A DNA stretch of 63,737 nucleotides, counting the filler, from Acetivibrio sp. (GTDB lineage Bacteria; Bacillota; Clostridia; Acetivibrionales; Acetivibrionaceae): NCBI RefSeq assembly GCF_035371925.1. It is 5 parts of 5 records of this genome, joined end to end, with 100 filler letters (N's around TTAATTAATTAA, not from the genome) between each part and the next. Parts side by side here need not be neighbours in the genome. Positions count along the whole stretch, not along the records: positions 47,201 to 61,642 come from NZ_DAORXT010000073.1; 4 more parts are not named here. The stretch is one strand, 5' to 3'. The position numbers and the translations under genes were made by a program. Of this stretch, positions 49,512 to 60,280 are shown piece after piece; position 1 is the first letter of the stretch, and every line of letters starts with the position of its first letter. The notes under the pieces were generated by a model. The model was not told the DNA's origin. It did no database searches and was given only the letters and a program-made list of their open reading frames with translations.

Positions 49512-50273
49512 TTGTTTGAGCCCAACTTATTGTATGGAGTAAAAAAAAGAGAAAAAAATTCTCGCTCCGATTCTATAAATCATATTGTCATAAAGATTAA
49601 AAATGGAGACACTGAATTAAAGGAGAAATTTATAAAAAAATATAAACCGTATTTATTAAAGATTATATCCAGTACCGTTGGAAGGTACGTGGATCCTGAG
49701 GTGAGCGAGGAATATAGTGTAGGGCTTATGGCTTTCAACGAAGCCATTGATGGCTTTAATCCCGATATAAATGGCAATTTTACGAATTATTGCAATATGG
49801 TGGTCAATCATAGAATTATTGATTATATAAGAAAAAACAAGAAATACAATAATGTCATACCTTTTTCCTATTTTGAAGAGAGAAACGATTTCGAAGAAAA
49901 ATATCTAGTCTCCGACAGCCATTACCTTTACGAAAATATCGAAGTAAGAGAAGAGATTTTGCAGTTTGAACGGCAGCTGAAACAGTTTGGAATCACCCTT
50001 GAGGACCTGGTGGTGAACTCGCCGAAGCATAAGGACTCTAGGGAACTGTGTATCGGTATAGCCAGAGTTTTGGCAGAGAATGATAAGTTGTTTGATAAAA
50101 TGCTTCGAAAAAAATGTATTCCGTTATCGGAATTGATGGGCCTCGTTAGTGTCCATAGAAAAACAGTGGAAAGGAACAGAAAGTTCATTATAGCAGTGAG
50201 CTTGGTTTTAAGAAGCGGTCTTGATGAGATAAAGCAATTCTTCAAGGGACCGGAAGAGAGGAGGGGACAATAA
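49512..50273 (+). CDS. sigI: Alternative sigma factor SigI (start TTG 49512)
   Basis: FIKKYKPY, SEEYSVGLMAFNEAI, SPKHKDSR, RKTVERNRKFII; coupled to rsgI. Confidence 0.92.
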   Translation: MFEPNLLYGVKKREKNSRSDSINHIVIKIKNGDTELKEKFIKKYKPYLLKIISSTVGRYVDPEVSEEYSVGLMAFNEAIDGFNPDINGNFTNYCNMVVNHRIIDYIRKNKKYNNVIPFSYFEERNDFEEKYLVSDSHYLYENIEVREEILQFERQLKQFGITLEDLVVNSPKHKDSRELCIGIARVLAENDKLFDKMLRKKCIPLSELMGLVSVHRKTVERNRKFIIAVSLVLRSGLDEIKQFFKGPEERRGQ

Positions 50274-51814
50274 TGAATCTTGGAGTGGTAATAAAAATAA
50301 AGAAGAATAAAACTATAATTGTTACGGAAACCGGAGAGTTTAAAGCAGTAAGCACCAGGGACGGTATGTTTTTGGGACAGAAAATCTTATTTGGTCAACA
50401 GGATGTAATTGAAGCCGACAAAAAATTCACAGGCTTTATGTGTCCGGCTGTTATAGCAAGTGCAGTTGCAGTATTTGTATTTGTGTTTGCGTTTGCATAT
50501 TTTGGCTTGCTTAATTTTGATAATACTTTTGCATATGTTGATGTGGATGTAAATCCCAGTATTGAATTTGCGGTAAACAGGGATGGCATTGTTATTGGTG
50601 CCGAACCGCTTAATGAAGACGGAAAAAAGATATTGGAAGAGTTAACATATAAGGACACTTTGCTTGAAGATGTGATTTTAGATTTGATTGACAAGTCCAG
50701 AGAGTATGGTTTTATAACAAGCGACGATAAAAAGAATATAGTATTGATTTCCGCGGTATTAAGCAGTGATGAACATAATGAGAAAATTAGCTTTGAAAAC
50801 AAGCTTGTCAGTAATTTAATGTCAAACTTCGAGAGCTTGGATGTGGACATCGAAATGAGGTTTGTAGTTGCATCAAAAGAGCAAAGAAAAAAGGCTCAGG
50901 AGAGCAAAGTATCGGTGGGCAAGTACATGATTTATGAAATGGCAAGACAGGAAGGAGAAGAAGTAACTCTTGAGTCTATTGTGTCGGAACCGTTGGAAAA
51001 CTTGCTTTTAGGTCAAGACTTTGGCGTGATCGGAGCCGATAAGGTTTTGCCGGATGAAACTGCTGCGGCATCGGTTAAACCGGTGAGCACGCCAAGTGTA
51101 TCTTATGCAGCTGTGACAGAGGAACCGCTTCAAGCTACGGCGACACCTTCGGATACTCCGATAAAACCTACGGCAACTCCAACTAAAGCACCGGCAGAAG
51201 CTACACCTTCGGATACCCCGGTAAAAGCTACCGCAACTCCAACTAATGTACTGGTTACAGCTACACCAACCCCGACGGTAAAACCCACCCAAGCTGTGGA
51301 GAGCCCCACGAATACACCGGTAAAACCCACAGCCACTCCTGTAAAGACACCGATGGATGAGAAGGGTGTCAAGGTGAGATTTTACAACAACAACACTTTA
51401 TCCGAAACCGGTGTGATTTATGCAAGAATAAATGTTGTAAACACCGGAAATACAACACTGAACCTTTCGGACATGAAATTAAGATATTACTATACTATAG
51501 ACAGTGACAGCCCTCAGAGATTTAACTGTGATTGGTCGTCCATTGGAGCTCACAATGTCACCGGAAGCTTTGGAAAGATAAATCCGCCTAAAGAAGGAGC
51601 AGATACCTATGTGGAAATAGGCTTTGTCGAAGGTGCAGGAGAGCTTCAACCGGGAGAGAGTGTTGAACTTAATGCACGTTTTTCCAAAACCGACAACACA
51701 CAGTACAACAAAGCGGATGATTATTCATTCAATTCCTATTATTATGAATATGTGGACTGGGATAAGATTACAGTATATATTTCAGGAAGCTTAAAATGGG
51801 GAAGAGAGCCGTAA
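50273..51814 (+). CDS. rsgI: RsgI anti-sigma factor with C-terminal CBM3
   Basis: RsgI_N, TM helix, VDVNPS autoproteolysis motif, P/T-rich linker, CBM3 (LRYYYTID, CDWSSIG, ADTYVEIGF, DDYSF). Confidence 0.93.
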   Translation: MNLGVVIKIKKNKTIIVTETGEFKAVSTRDGMFLGQKILFGQQDVIEADKKFTGFMCPAVIASAVAVFVFVFAFAYFGLLNFDNTFAYVDVDVNPSIEFAVNRDGIVIGAEPLNEDGKKILEELTYKDTLLEDVILDLIDKSREYGFITSDDKKNIVLISAVLSSDEHNEKISFENKLVSNLMSNFESLDVDIEMRFVVASKEQRKKAQESKVSVGKYMIYEMARQEGEEVTLESIVSEPLENLLLGQDFGVIGADKVLPDETAAASVKPVSTPSVSYAAVTEEPLQATATPSDTPIKPTATPTKAPAEATPSDTPVKATATPTNVLVTATPTPTVKPTQAVESPTNTPVKPTATPVKTPMDEKGVKVRFYNNNTLSETGVIYARINVVNTGNTTLNLSDMKLRYYYTIDSDSPQRFNCDWSSIGAHNVTGSFGKINPPKEGADTYVEIGFVEGAGELQPGESVELNARFSKTDNTQYNKADDYSFNSYYYEYVDWDKITVYISGSLKWGREP

Positions 51815-51823
51815 ATTGGCTCG

Positions 51824-51852
51824 CTTAAAACTTAATTGATTTAACGAATCGA
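51824..51852 (+). promoter_or_regulatory. Candidate sigma-I-dependent promoter of the GH5 gene
   Basis: CTTAAAA-14 nt-CGAATCGA. Confidence 0.5.
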
Positions 51853-51902
51853 CTATTTATAAGTAAATTTATTAATGATAATTTTTTTAGGAGGTAGTAA
51901 AA

Positions 51903-53483
51903 GTGAAAAGTGCTAAAGCCATGTTTCTGATATTGGTAATCTTAGCTGCAGCTTTAGTACCTGCTGTATCGTTTAAGTCTCCAACTATCGCAGCCGACCC
52001 CAATAATGATGACTGGCTGCATGTTGAAGGTAATAAAATAGTTGACATGTACGGCAATCAGGTTTGGTTGACCGGGTGCAACTGGTTTGGTTTCAATACC
52101 GGTACCAATGTATTTGACGGTGTATGGAGCTGTAATATGAGAGAGGCCATCAAAGGTATGGCGGACAGGGGAATTAACTTTTTGAGAATACCTATTTCAA
52201 CGGAACTTTTATATCAGTGGTCACAAGGAGTGTATCCTTCAGCAAATGTAAATGATTTTGTAAACCCGGAACTAAAAGGCAAGAACAGCCTTGAGCTTTT
52301 TGATTTTGCCATTGGGTGCTGCAAGGAATTCGGAATAAAGGTTATGGTGGATATACACAGCCCATCAACGGATGCTATGGGTCATATGTACCCTGTATGG
52401 TATGATGGCCAATTTACAACAGAGATTTGGATTTCAACTTTGGAATGGTTAACAGAAAGGTATAAGAATGATGACACAATACTTGCACTGGACCTTAAGA
52501 ATGAACCCCACGGCACACCTGGAACTACACCAATGGCTAAATGGGACGGTTCCACTGATTTGAACAACTGGAAACACGCTGCCGAGACATGTGCAAAGAG
52601 AATTCTTGAAATAAATCCCAATATTCTCATTGTGGTAGAGGGAGTTGAAGTTTACCCGAAACCAGGCTTCGATTATACTGCAGTGGACGAATGGGGAAAA
52701 GAGAGTAAATATTACTACAACTGGTGGGGAGGCAATTTAAGAGGAGTCAGGGATTATCCTATTAATCTTGGAAAGTATCAGAAACAGCTTGTATACTCAC
52801 CCCACGATTACGGTCCGTTGGTACATAAGCAATCTTGGTTTTATGAGGGCTTTAACAAGGAAACCTTGTATAATGATTGTTGGAGAGACAACTGGGCGTA
52901 CATACACGAAGAAAACATTGCCCCATTGCTAATGGGTGAATGGGGAGGCTTTATGGATGGCGGAGACAACGAGAAATGGATGAAGGCACTAAGAGATTAT
53001 ATGATTGAAAACAAAATAGCCCACACTTTCTGGTGTTATAATGCAAATTCCGGTGATACCGGCGGACTTGTGTATTATGATTTCATAACTTGGGATGAAG
53101 AAAAGTATGCTCTGCTAAAGCCTGCATTGTGGCAGACATCCGATGGAAGGTTTATAGGTCTTGACCATCAGATACCTCTTGGCTCTAATGGAATTACTGT
53201 AACAGAATATTATGGCGGTAATATTCCGGACCCATCACCAACGGCTACTATTCCGGATGTGCCGACACCAACACCTTCTTTTGAAATAGAAAAAGGAGAT
53301 GTCAATGTTGATGGTTATGTTAACTCGACTGATATTATGTGGATGAAAAGATATTTGCTAAAACTGGTTAAAGACTTCCCTGAACCTGCCGGAAAGCAGG
53401 CAGCAGATATGAATGATGACGGGAACATTAATTCTACAGATATGGCAGTTTTAAAAAGGAAAATACTTAGAATGACAACATAA
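51903..53483 (+). CDS. celL: Cellulosomal GH5 endoglucanase with type I dockerin (CelL-like)
   Basis: Signal peptide; LKNEPHG acid/base; MGEWGG nucleophile; PT linker; dockerin [13 protein letters not shown] / [13 protein letters not shown]; position downstream of sigI-rsgI. Confidence 0.85.
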   Translation: MKSAKAMFLILVILAAALVPAVSFKSPTIAADPNNDDWLHVEGNKIVDMYGNQVWLTGCNWFGFNTGTNVFDGVWSCNMREAIKGMADRGINFLRIPISTELLYQWSQGVYPSANVNDFVNPELKGKNSLELFDFAIGCCKEFGIKVMVDIHSPSTDAMGHMYPVWYDGQFTTEIWISTLEWLTERYKNDDTILALDLKNEPHGTPGTTPMAKWDGSTDLNNWKHAAETCAKRILEINPNILIVVEGVEVYPKPGFDYTAVDEWGKESKYYYNWWGGNLRGVRDYPINLGKYQKQLVYSPHDYGPLVHKQSWFYEGFNKETLYNDCWRDNWAYIHEENIAPLLMGEWGGFMDGGDNEKWMKALRDYMIENKIAHTFWCYNANSGDTGGLVYYDFITWDEEKYALLKPALWQTSDGRFIGLDHQIPLGSNGITVTEYYGGNIPDPSPTATIPDVPTPTPSFEIEKGDVNVDGYVNSTDIMWMKRYLLKLVKDFPEPAGKQAADMNDDGNINSTDMAVLKRKILRMTT

Positions 53484-53492
53484 AGCCACTGC

Positions 53493-54230
53493 TTATTGTT
53501 TTTCGACTAAATATTTCCAATATCTTGCCGGCATATTGTGTTTTTGAAGCTTTGGATTGACCCTGTCTTTTATGCAGATACTGTTAAAGTATTTCTTCCA
53601 GAGACTTTCAAATTCGTCGTCTGTCGTCGCGGATTGGTATTGAAGCTCTGTGGGAAGGTCTGTGAAAACACATTCCACTTTGTTGTATACAGCAGCAAGG
53701 CTTCGCTTTGTGTCGTGTATTACCCAGAATTGATCTGACAAACGCCGGACGAAATGACCGGATATTAAGAAAGTAATATTGTGGACAGGACTGTAGGGGG
53801 CATAGTAAATGTCCCCTTTTAGCTTTTTAAACCTTAGCAAACCCAGCAGAAGATGGCTTTCAGTTCTGACTTTCTTAGCGGCGGAATGAACCTTTAAAAC
53901 TTCTTCTGAAGTGAGGTAAAGGTCTACGGATTTGCCCATTTTAAAGCCGAATCTTAAATATTTCAATATGTAGGTGTCGATGTCATCAAGTTCGGACAGA
54001 TATGCGTGGTACGCATTTCTTAAGGCGTCATATGAGATTTTTTTACATATTGCTTCATAAACTTTCGAAGCTTTTTCGCTGTCGGTGACTATATCAATAT
54101 TTTTGTCCCAAATGCTTTGCTGTATGTTTTTCGTGCGAAAAACCCTGTCAGGGAGGGCAATACCGTAATATGACTCGTATACGGAGGTTAAAAGCCCGTC
54201 AAAGGTTCCATCATAGTAATAGTTGACCAT
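53493..54230 (-). CDS. DUF4130/TIGR03915-type putative DNA repair protein
   Basis: YYYDGTFDGLLTSVY, E.H.L.GLLRF, W.IHD.KR, LWKKYF, MPARYWKYL.E. Confidence 0.88.
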   Translation of the reverse strand: MVNYYYDGTFDGLLTSVYESYYGIALPDRVFRTKNIQQSIWDKNIDIVTDSEKASKVYEAICKKISYDALRNAYHAYLSELDDIDTYILKYLRFGFKMGKSVDLYLTSEEVLKVHSAAKKVRTESHLLLGLLRFKKLKGDIYYAPYSPVHNITFLISGHFVRRLSDQFWVIHDTKRSLAAVYNKVECVFTDLPTELQYQSATTDDEFESLWKKYFNSICIKDRVNPKLQKHNMPARYWKYLVEKQ

Positions 54231-54248
54231 TATGTATCACCTGCACAA

Positions 54249-55571
54249 TTATATTTCACCGGTTATGCTCATTATTCTGTCCTGTAGAGTGGGTTTTTCA
54301 GGTATTAGGGAAAATATAGAGATTTGCTCCCATTCCTGATTTTTTCCAATAATTTCCCAGTCATTGGCTTCCCAGCCATTAATCAGGTTTTGCTTTATTA
54401 AAAACTGATCCATGTCATGGTTGAAAAAGTACTTTCCGTTGCAAGTAATGAAAAATCTTGCGCGTTTTAAAACCACTCCCAGTTTTTTAAGGTCATCAAA
54501 AGATAAGGATTTGACTTTTCTTGCCATAATGATCTTTTTGGCAGAGCGTACTCCAATACCGGGAACCCGAAGCAGCATTTCGTATTCTGCCCGGTTCACT
54601 TCAACAGGAAAGAGGGAAATATTATTAACTGCCCAGTTGGCCTTGGGGTCAAGTTTTGTGTCAAAATTGGGATTGTGCTCATCAAGGAGCTCGTTGGCTG
54701 AAAAACCGTAAAATCTTAAGAGCCAATCAGCCTGATAAAGCCTGTGCTCTCTAAGAAGAGGAGGCGTCTTTAAATCAGGCAGCAGCGGATTTTTGGATAC
54801 AGGTACATATGCCGAATAATAAACCCTTTTCAGCTTGTATTTTTTATATAGGTTTTCGGAAAGCCTGAGAATATTAATGTCGTGGTCCTGGGTAGCTCCC
54901 ACGATAAGTTGGGTGCTCTGACCTCCGGGAACAAATAAAGGTGCACTTTTAAATACCTTTCTTTCTTCCTTCCTTTCATCTATTTTGGAAGATATAAAGT
55001 TCATTGGCCTGATTATTGACTGCTTGTCCTTTTGGGGAGCCAAAAGCTTAAGTCCTTTCTCGGACGGAAGCTCAATATTGACACTGATTCTGTCTGCCAG
55101 TTTCCCGACAGCTTCAATGAGGGAAAAGTCAGCTCCCGGAATGACTTTAACATGTATGTATCCGTTGAATTTGAAATCTTGTCGTAAAAGCCTTATTGAT
55201 TCATACATCAGCTCCATTGTATGGTTGGGATTTTTTGTTACTGCGGAGCTGAGAAACAAACCTTCGATATAATTTCGCCTGTAAAAGTTTATGGTAAGAT
55301 TTGCTACTTCCTGAGGTGTAAAAGCAGCTCTCGGGACATCATTGCTGGCCCTGTTGACACAGTAGGCACAATCATATATGCAGTAATTTGAAAGAAGAAT
55401 TTTCAGAAGGGAAATACATCTTCCGTCATCAGACCAACTATGACATATGCCGCAGGACGCTGCATTTCCAAGCCCGCCTTTTGTGTTTTTCCTGTTGCTG
55501 CCGCTGGAAGAACAGGAAACATCGTATTTTGCAGCTGCAGACAATATTTCAAGCTTTTTTTGAAGATCCAA
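54249..55571 (-). CDS. Putative DNA modification/repair radical SAM protein (TIGR03916-type; start TTG 55571)
   Basis: KYDVSCSSSGS, CIYDCAYC radical SAM motif, HhH LLRVPGIGVRSA, YQADWLLRFYGF. Confidence 0.9.
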   Translation of the reverse strand: MDLQKKLEILSAAAKYDVSCSSSGSNRKNTKGGLGNAASCGICHSWSDDGRCISLLKILLSNYCIYDCAYCVNRASNDVPRAAFTPQEVANLTINFYRRNYIEGLFLSSAVTKNPNHTMELMYESIRLLRQDFKFNGYIHVKVIPGADFSLIEAVGKLADRISVNIELPSEKGLKLLAPQKDKQSIIRPMNFISSKIDERKEERKVFKSAPLFVPGGQSTQLIVGATQDHDINILRLSENLYKKYKLKRVYYSAYVPVSKNPLLPDLKTPPLLREHRLYQADWLLRFYGFSANELLDEHNPNFDTKLDPKANWAVNNISLFPVEVNRAEYEMLLRVPGIGVRSAKKIIMARKVKSLSFDDLKKLGVVLKRARFFITCNGKYFFNHDMDQFLIKQNLINGWEANDWEIIGKNQEWEQISIFSLIPEKPTLQDRIMSITGEI

Positions 55572-55627
55572 AAAAAACACCTCCGGAAAGTTGCTAAATA
55601 AATTTTACCACAAGAATAAGTAAAAAG

Positions 55628-55641
55628 CAAACGTTTGTTCG
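55628..55641 (-). promoter_or_regulatory. LexA (SOS/Cheo) box
   Basis: Minus strand CGAACAAACGTTTG fits the Firmicutes consensus CGAACRNRYGTTYG, about 57 nt upstream of the radical SAM start. Confidence 0.8.
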
Positions 55642-55853
55642 GAGTGTTATATGCAAATTAGACCATATTTATTGAAAATAGGTTGAAAAAAGCATCTAAA
55701 ATTATATATAATATAATTATATGATTCTTGTTTTTTGTTTAATTCAGAAGCTAGGTTTATTAATTATGTTTCGCTTCTATATTCATGCATTGCAGGTCCG
55801 CTAATTGTTTCGTGTAAATTTTGTGCTTTACAATCTAAATCCGGAGGAATAAG

Positions 55854-56948
55854 ATGGAAATCAAGTGTTTTAGAATAAATCTTTGCATTTTTTTGCTGCT
55901 TATGATATTTGGCAAGGTTGCATATGCAAAAACGGATGCAATTATCTATGAAACCGAATTATACGGTCCTCCGTTCAAGTTTATTGAGCACGGAGAAATC
56001 CATGGATTCGAAGTTGAGTTAAACCGGCACATATTTTCCGATGGCAGCTATGAGTTTGATTATGAATTTGATACATGGGAAAATGTTTATCAAAAACTAA
56101 AAAACGGTGAAATTGACACCTGCGGTCTGCTCGTCGTAAGCGAAGAAAGAAAAAAAGACATTTTGTTTTCCGATACGGTCATGTGTTTATATATATCCAT
56201 TTATTCAAAAGACAAGAATAGGGGTATTGACGTTAAAGACCTTGAAAAATATCGTGTGGGTGTTGGGAAAGAACAGTACAGCGAGCATATTTTGAGAAAT
56301 AGTGTCGGTATTGACAATTACATAACTTTTGTAAGTATTGAAGAGGCAATAGATGCTTTAAATGAGGAAAAAATAGATGTAATTTTTGAAAATCAGGACG
56401 TTGTAAACCATTACTTAATTAAGAAAGGCTTGACGGGTAAAATAATACCCAGCAAGACAGGGCTTTTTCCCGTTAAAGTTGCTTATGGAGTAAGCAAAAA
56501 AAATCCTGAGTTGGTTAAATATATTAATGAACGCTTGGATAGTGTAAAAAAAAGCGGTACATATGAGGAGCTGTATAGAAAGCATTTCTTACGGACTTCA
56601 GATTTCTACAGAAGAAATCAAAGGTTGAGAAATATTGCTGCAATGGTTGTAATGTTTATTCTTTTGGTACTTTTGCAAGTTTATATAAGGCATCTTAAGA
56701 GAAAAATATCGAAAGCATACAGGGAACTTCGCAAACAGCATGAATGGCTGAAAGTGACTTTGTCAAGCATTGGGGAGGCAGTAATTACAACAGATGAAAA
56801 CGGGACCGTTACTTTTAGCAATTATGAAACCCAAAAGCTTCTGGGTTTGTCTGAAAAAGAAATATCTGGCAGGAAGTTGGATGAAATACTTTCCGGATTA
56901 GTAGATGAAATGGAAAAAACTTCAAAATACCTATTAAAAAAGTTATAA
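55854..56948 (+). CDS. N-terminal part of a sensor diguanylate cyclase/phosphodiesterase (solute-binding domain, TM, PAS start); frameshifted
   Basis: PPFKF...GFEVEL solute-binding domain, TM helix, LSSIGEAVITTDENG PAS; the alternative frame continues into the next ORF. Confidence 0.75.
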   Translation: MEIKCFRINLCIFLLLMIFGKVAYAKTDAIIYETELYGPPFKFIEHGEIHGFEVELNRHIFSDGSYEFDYEFDTWENVYQKLKNGEIDTCGLLVVSEERKKDILFSDTVMCLYISIYSKDKNRGIDVKDLEKYRVGVGKEQYSEHILRNSVGIDNYITFVSIEEAIDALNEEKIDVIFENQDVVNHYLIKKGLTGKIIPSKTGLFPVKVAYGVSKKNPELVKYINERLDSVKKSGTYEELYRKHFLRTSDFYRRNQRLRNIAAMVVMFILLVLLQVYIRHLKRKISKAYRELRKQHEWLKVTLSSIGEAVITTDENGTVTFSNYETQKLLGLSEKEISGRKLDEILSGLVDEMEKTSKYLLKKL

Positions 56949-56959
56949 AGCGGGGGACT

Positions 56960-58441
56960 TTGATAAAACTTGAAAGCGACTTAAGTCTGATCACTCCGCA
57001 TGGAAAAAAGCTTGTGGAAGGTACTGTTGCACCAATCAGAAACGATTCGGATGTAATTATCGGAACGGTTGTCGCATTAAAAGATGTTACGGAAATTAAA
57101 AAGAAGGAAGAAATCCTGTATAACATGGAGTATTTCGACCCGTTGACCGGACTTCCCAACAGGAGTCTGTTTGCAGACCGGTTGAATATGGCACTTGCCC
57201 AGTCAAAACGAAATAATGATATGTGTGCACTCATCATATTGGACCTCGATAATTTCAAGGCAATCAATGATACGCTGGGACACTCCGTGGGAGATATGCT
57301 TTTAAAACAAGTGGCGGAAAAAATCAAGGGTTACTTGAGGGAAGTCGACACAGTCGCAAGAATTGGAGGGGACGAGTTCATAATTATTCAGCCTCAAATA
57401 AAGGATATAAGCGATGCTACAAGAGCTGCCGACAGAATATTAAAAAAATTCCAACAGCCGTGGATTCTTGAAGGCAAGGAGTATTATATAACTGCGAGCA
57501 TGGGCATCGGTATTTATCCCAACGACGGAGAGGATCAGCAAACAATTTTCAAGAATGCGGATACGGCATTATATAGAGCCAAAGAGCTCGGAAGGAATAA
57601 TTATCAATTATATACGGAGTCTATGAACCAGAAGGTTCTTCAAAGACTTGATATTGAAAATAGCTTGAGGCGGGCGATTGAGAGAGAAGAATTTGTACTG
57701 TTTTATCAACCCCAGGTTGATATCAAAACCGGTAAAATTGTAGGTCTTGAAGCACTCCTAAGGTGGTATCATCCGGATTACGGGCTTGTACCTCCGATGG
57801 AATTTATACCCATTGCTGAAGAATCCGGTCTTATAGTGGCTATTGGAGAATGGGTTTTAAAAACTGCGTGCATACAGAACAAGAAATGGTTAGACATGGG
57901 AATGGAGCCGCAATTGATATCGGTGAATTTGTCTGCAAGGCAATTTCAACAGCACAACGTGGTTGAGGTAATTGACAGGATTCGTTGCGATTCGGGATTG
58001 GCGCCGGAACTGTTGGCGTTGGAAATAACAGAGAGTACTGCAATGAAGGATTTGAGTTTTACGATAGATGTATTAAGTCAATTGAGAAAAAAGGGGATAA
58101 GGGTATCCCTTGACGATTTCGGAACCGGCTATTCGTCACTGAACTATTTAAGGCAGCTTCCAATAGATACTCTGAAAATTGACAAAAGTTTTGTTCGGGA
58201 CATAACGGCCAATTCTAAAGAGGAGGCTATTGCAAAAACTGTTATCAGTCTTGCGCACAAGCTTAACCTTACTGTTGTGGCCGAAGGAGTTGAAACTTGG
58301 GAACAGCTTTTATTCCTTAAAAAAGAAGGATGCGACAAGGTTCAGGGTTATCTTTTCAGCAAACCCTTGCCTGCAGAGGATATTGAAAAAATTTTAAGGA
58401 GCAAAGACGGTTTTATTCTCGAGGGAAAAGATGGCGATTGA
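56960..58441 (+). CDS. GGDEF-EAL domains (C-terminal part of the same gene)
   Basis: DPLTGLPNR, LDLDNFK, RxxD I-site, GGDEF, EAL, DDFGTGYSS. Confidence 0.9.
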   Translation: MIKLESDLSLITPHGKKLVEGTVAPIRNDSDVIIGTVVALKDVTEIKKKEEILYNMEYFDPLTGLPNRSLFADRLNMALAQSKRNNDMCALIILDLDNFKAINDTLGHSVGDMLLKQVAEKIKGYLREVDTVARIGGDEFIIIQPQIKDISDATRAADRILKKFQQPWILEGKEYYITASMGIGIYPNDGEDQQTIFKNADTALYRAKELGRNNYQLYTESMNQKVLQRLDIENSLRRAIEREEFVLFYQPQVDIKTGKIVGLEALLRWYHPDYGLVPPMEFIPIAEESGLIVAIGEWVLKTACIQNKKWLDMGMEPQLISVNLSARQFQQHNVVEVIDRIRCDSGLAPELLALEITESTAMKDLSFTIDVLSQLRKKGIRVSLDDFGTGYSSLNYLRQLPIDTLKIDKSFVRDITANSKEEAIAKTVISLAHKLNLTVVAEGVETWEQLLFLKKEGCDKVQGYLFSKPLPAEDIEKILRSKDGFILEGKDGD

Positions 58442-58462
58442 TTTTAAAGTGATTTTACGGTA

Positions 58463-58491
58463 TTGATATTGCATACTCCCGATAGTATAAT
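58463..58491 (+). promoter_or_regulatory. Putative sigma-A promoter of the ACT-DUF711 operon
   Basis: TTGATA-17 nt-TATAAT. Confidence 0.65.
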
Positions 58492-58518
58492 ACTCTTTAT
58501 AAGAGGGAGGTAGTAATT

Positions 58519-58788
58519 ATGAGAGCTGTTATAACTGTTATCGGAAAAGATAAAATTGGTATTATTGCCGGTATTAGCAATATTCTTGCCAATTGCAATG
58601 TGAATATTTTGGACATTTCTCAGACAACCATGCAGGACGTTTTTACCATGGTAATGCTTGTAGATATATCCAAACTTTCCGTTCAATTTGCGGAATTGTC
58701 GGAACAACTGGAGAAAAAAGGTGTTGAAATGGGACTTTCAGTGAGGATTCAGCATGAGGATATCTTTAATTCCATGCACCGTATATAA
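58519..58788 (+). CDS. ACT domain protein (UPF0237)
   Basis: [34 protein letters not shown]. Confidence 0.9.
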   Translation: MRAVITVIGKDKIGIIAGISNILANCNVNILDISQTTMQDVFTMVMLVDISKLSVQFAELSEQLEKKGVEMGLSVRIQHEDIFNSMHRI

Positions 58789-58802
58789 GGGGGAAAATTC
58801 AG

Positions 58803-60161
58803 GTGTTAATGCCTTTTGAGATAATTGAAACAATAAAAATGATTCAGGAGGAGAATCTTGACATTAGGACAATCACGATGGGAATATCCCTGAGGGACTG
58901 TGCCAGTTCCTCTGCAAAGGAGTCGAGGGAGAAAATTTATAACAAGATTACACGGCTTGCGTCAAATCTTGTCAAGGTCGGAGAGGATATTGAGAAGGAA
59001 TATGGTATCCCCATAGTAAACAAGAGAATTTCCGTTACTCCGATTTCCCTTGTGGCTGAAAGTAGTGATGAGAAAAATTATGTAAAGTTTGCAGAAACTT
59101 TGGATAAGGCGGCAGATGCGGTCGGAGTCAATTTCATTGGTGGATTTTCTGCGTTAGTCCAAAAAGGTTATACTGTCGGAGACAGAAAACTTATAGCTTC
59201 CATACCTGAGGCTTTGAGCAGTACCAAAAAGGTTTGTTCGTCTGTCAATGTTGCCAGTACCAAAGCAGGAATTAATATGGATGCGGTAAGGGAGATGGGA
59301 CAGGTTATAAAAAAGGCTGCAGACCTTAGCGCCGACAGTGGAGGTTTGGCGTGTGCCAAATTGGTTGTTTTTGCAAATGTTCCGGAGGACAATCCGTTTA
59401 TGGCAGGAGCTTTTCACGGAGTGGGAGAACCGGAATGTGTTATAAATGTAGGAGTCAGCGGTCCCGGCGTTGTTAAATCCGCCCTGGAAAAGGTAAGAGG
59501 GGCCGATTTTGAAACTGTTTCAGAAACCATTAAAAAAACTGCCTTCAAAATAACCAGAATGGGTCAGTTGGTTGCCCGTGAAGCATCAAGGCGTCTGGGG
59601 GTTTCCTTCGGCATAGTCGATTTGTCCCTTGCACCTACTCCAACCATAGGAGACAGTGTTGCTCACATTCTGGAGGAAATGGGACTTGAAAAGTGCGGTA
59701 CTCACGGAACTACTGCTGCTTTGGCACTGCTTAACGATGCTGTCAAAAAAGGCGGTACAATGGCTTCATCCTCTGTTGGCGGGCTCAGTGGTGCTTTTAT
59801 CCCTGTAAGTGAAGATGCAGGTATGATTGATGCAGTTATGAAGGGATCACTTTCCATCGAAAAGCTTGAAGCAATGACCTGTGTTTGTTCTGTAGGTCTG
59901 GATATGATAGTGGTTCCGGGAGACACAAGCGAGGAGACTATTTCTGCTATTATAGCCGATGAGGCTGCTATAGGAGTAATCAATAACAAGACAACTGCAG
60001 TAAGAATAATTCCCGCACCGGGTAAAAAAGTTGGAGATGTTGTTGAATTCGGAGGTCTTTTGGGTTCAGGGCCGGTAATGAAGGTTAGTGAATTTAGCAG
60101 CAAGGATTTTATTAATAGAGGAGGAAGAATACCGGCACCTCTTAACAGCCTTAGAAATTAG
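58803..60161 (+). CDS. DUF711/UPF0210 (PFL-like) protein
   Basis: [44 protein letters not shown]. Confidence 0.92.
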   Translation: MLMPFEIIETIKMIQEENLDIRTITMGISLRDCASSSAKESREKIYNKITRLASNLVKVGEDIEKEYGIPIVNKRISVTPISLVAESSDEKNYVKFAETLDKAADAVGVNFIGGFSALVQKGYTVGDRKLIASIPEALSSTKKVCSSVNVASTKAGINMDAVREMGQVIKKAADLSADSGGLACAKLVVFANVPEDNPFMAGAFHGVGEPECVINVGVSGPGVVKSALEKVRGADFETVSETIKKTAFKITRMGQLVAREASRRLGVSFGIVDLSLAPTPTIGDSVAHILEEMGLEKCGTHGTTAALALLNDAVKKGGTMASSSVGGLSGAFIPVSEDAGMIDAVMKGSLSIEKLEAMTCVCSVGLDMIVVPGDTSEETISAIIADEAAIGVINNKTTAVRIIPAPGKKVGDVVEFGGLLGSGPVMKVSEFSSKDFINRGGRIPAPLNSLRN

Positions 60162-60236
60162 TTTACATAAAGTGGAAGGTAAGCCAGACAAATCATTTGT
60201 AATAGAGGTGCAAAACGGTTTTATTTGGCGCAATAT

Positions 60237-60274
60237 AAAAAAGTCTGATTTTATCCCGACATCAGACTTTTTTT
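60237..60274. terminator. Bidirectional terminator
   Basis: aaaaaagtctgat...atcagacttttttt. Confidence 0.78.
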
Positions 60275-60280
60275 ATATTG

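Noticed and set aside
51120..51350. Repetitive DNA in rsgI as a repeat array or CRISPR
   Set aside because: It is the coding Pro/Thr linker (TATP repeats), with no spacers
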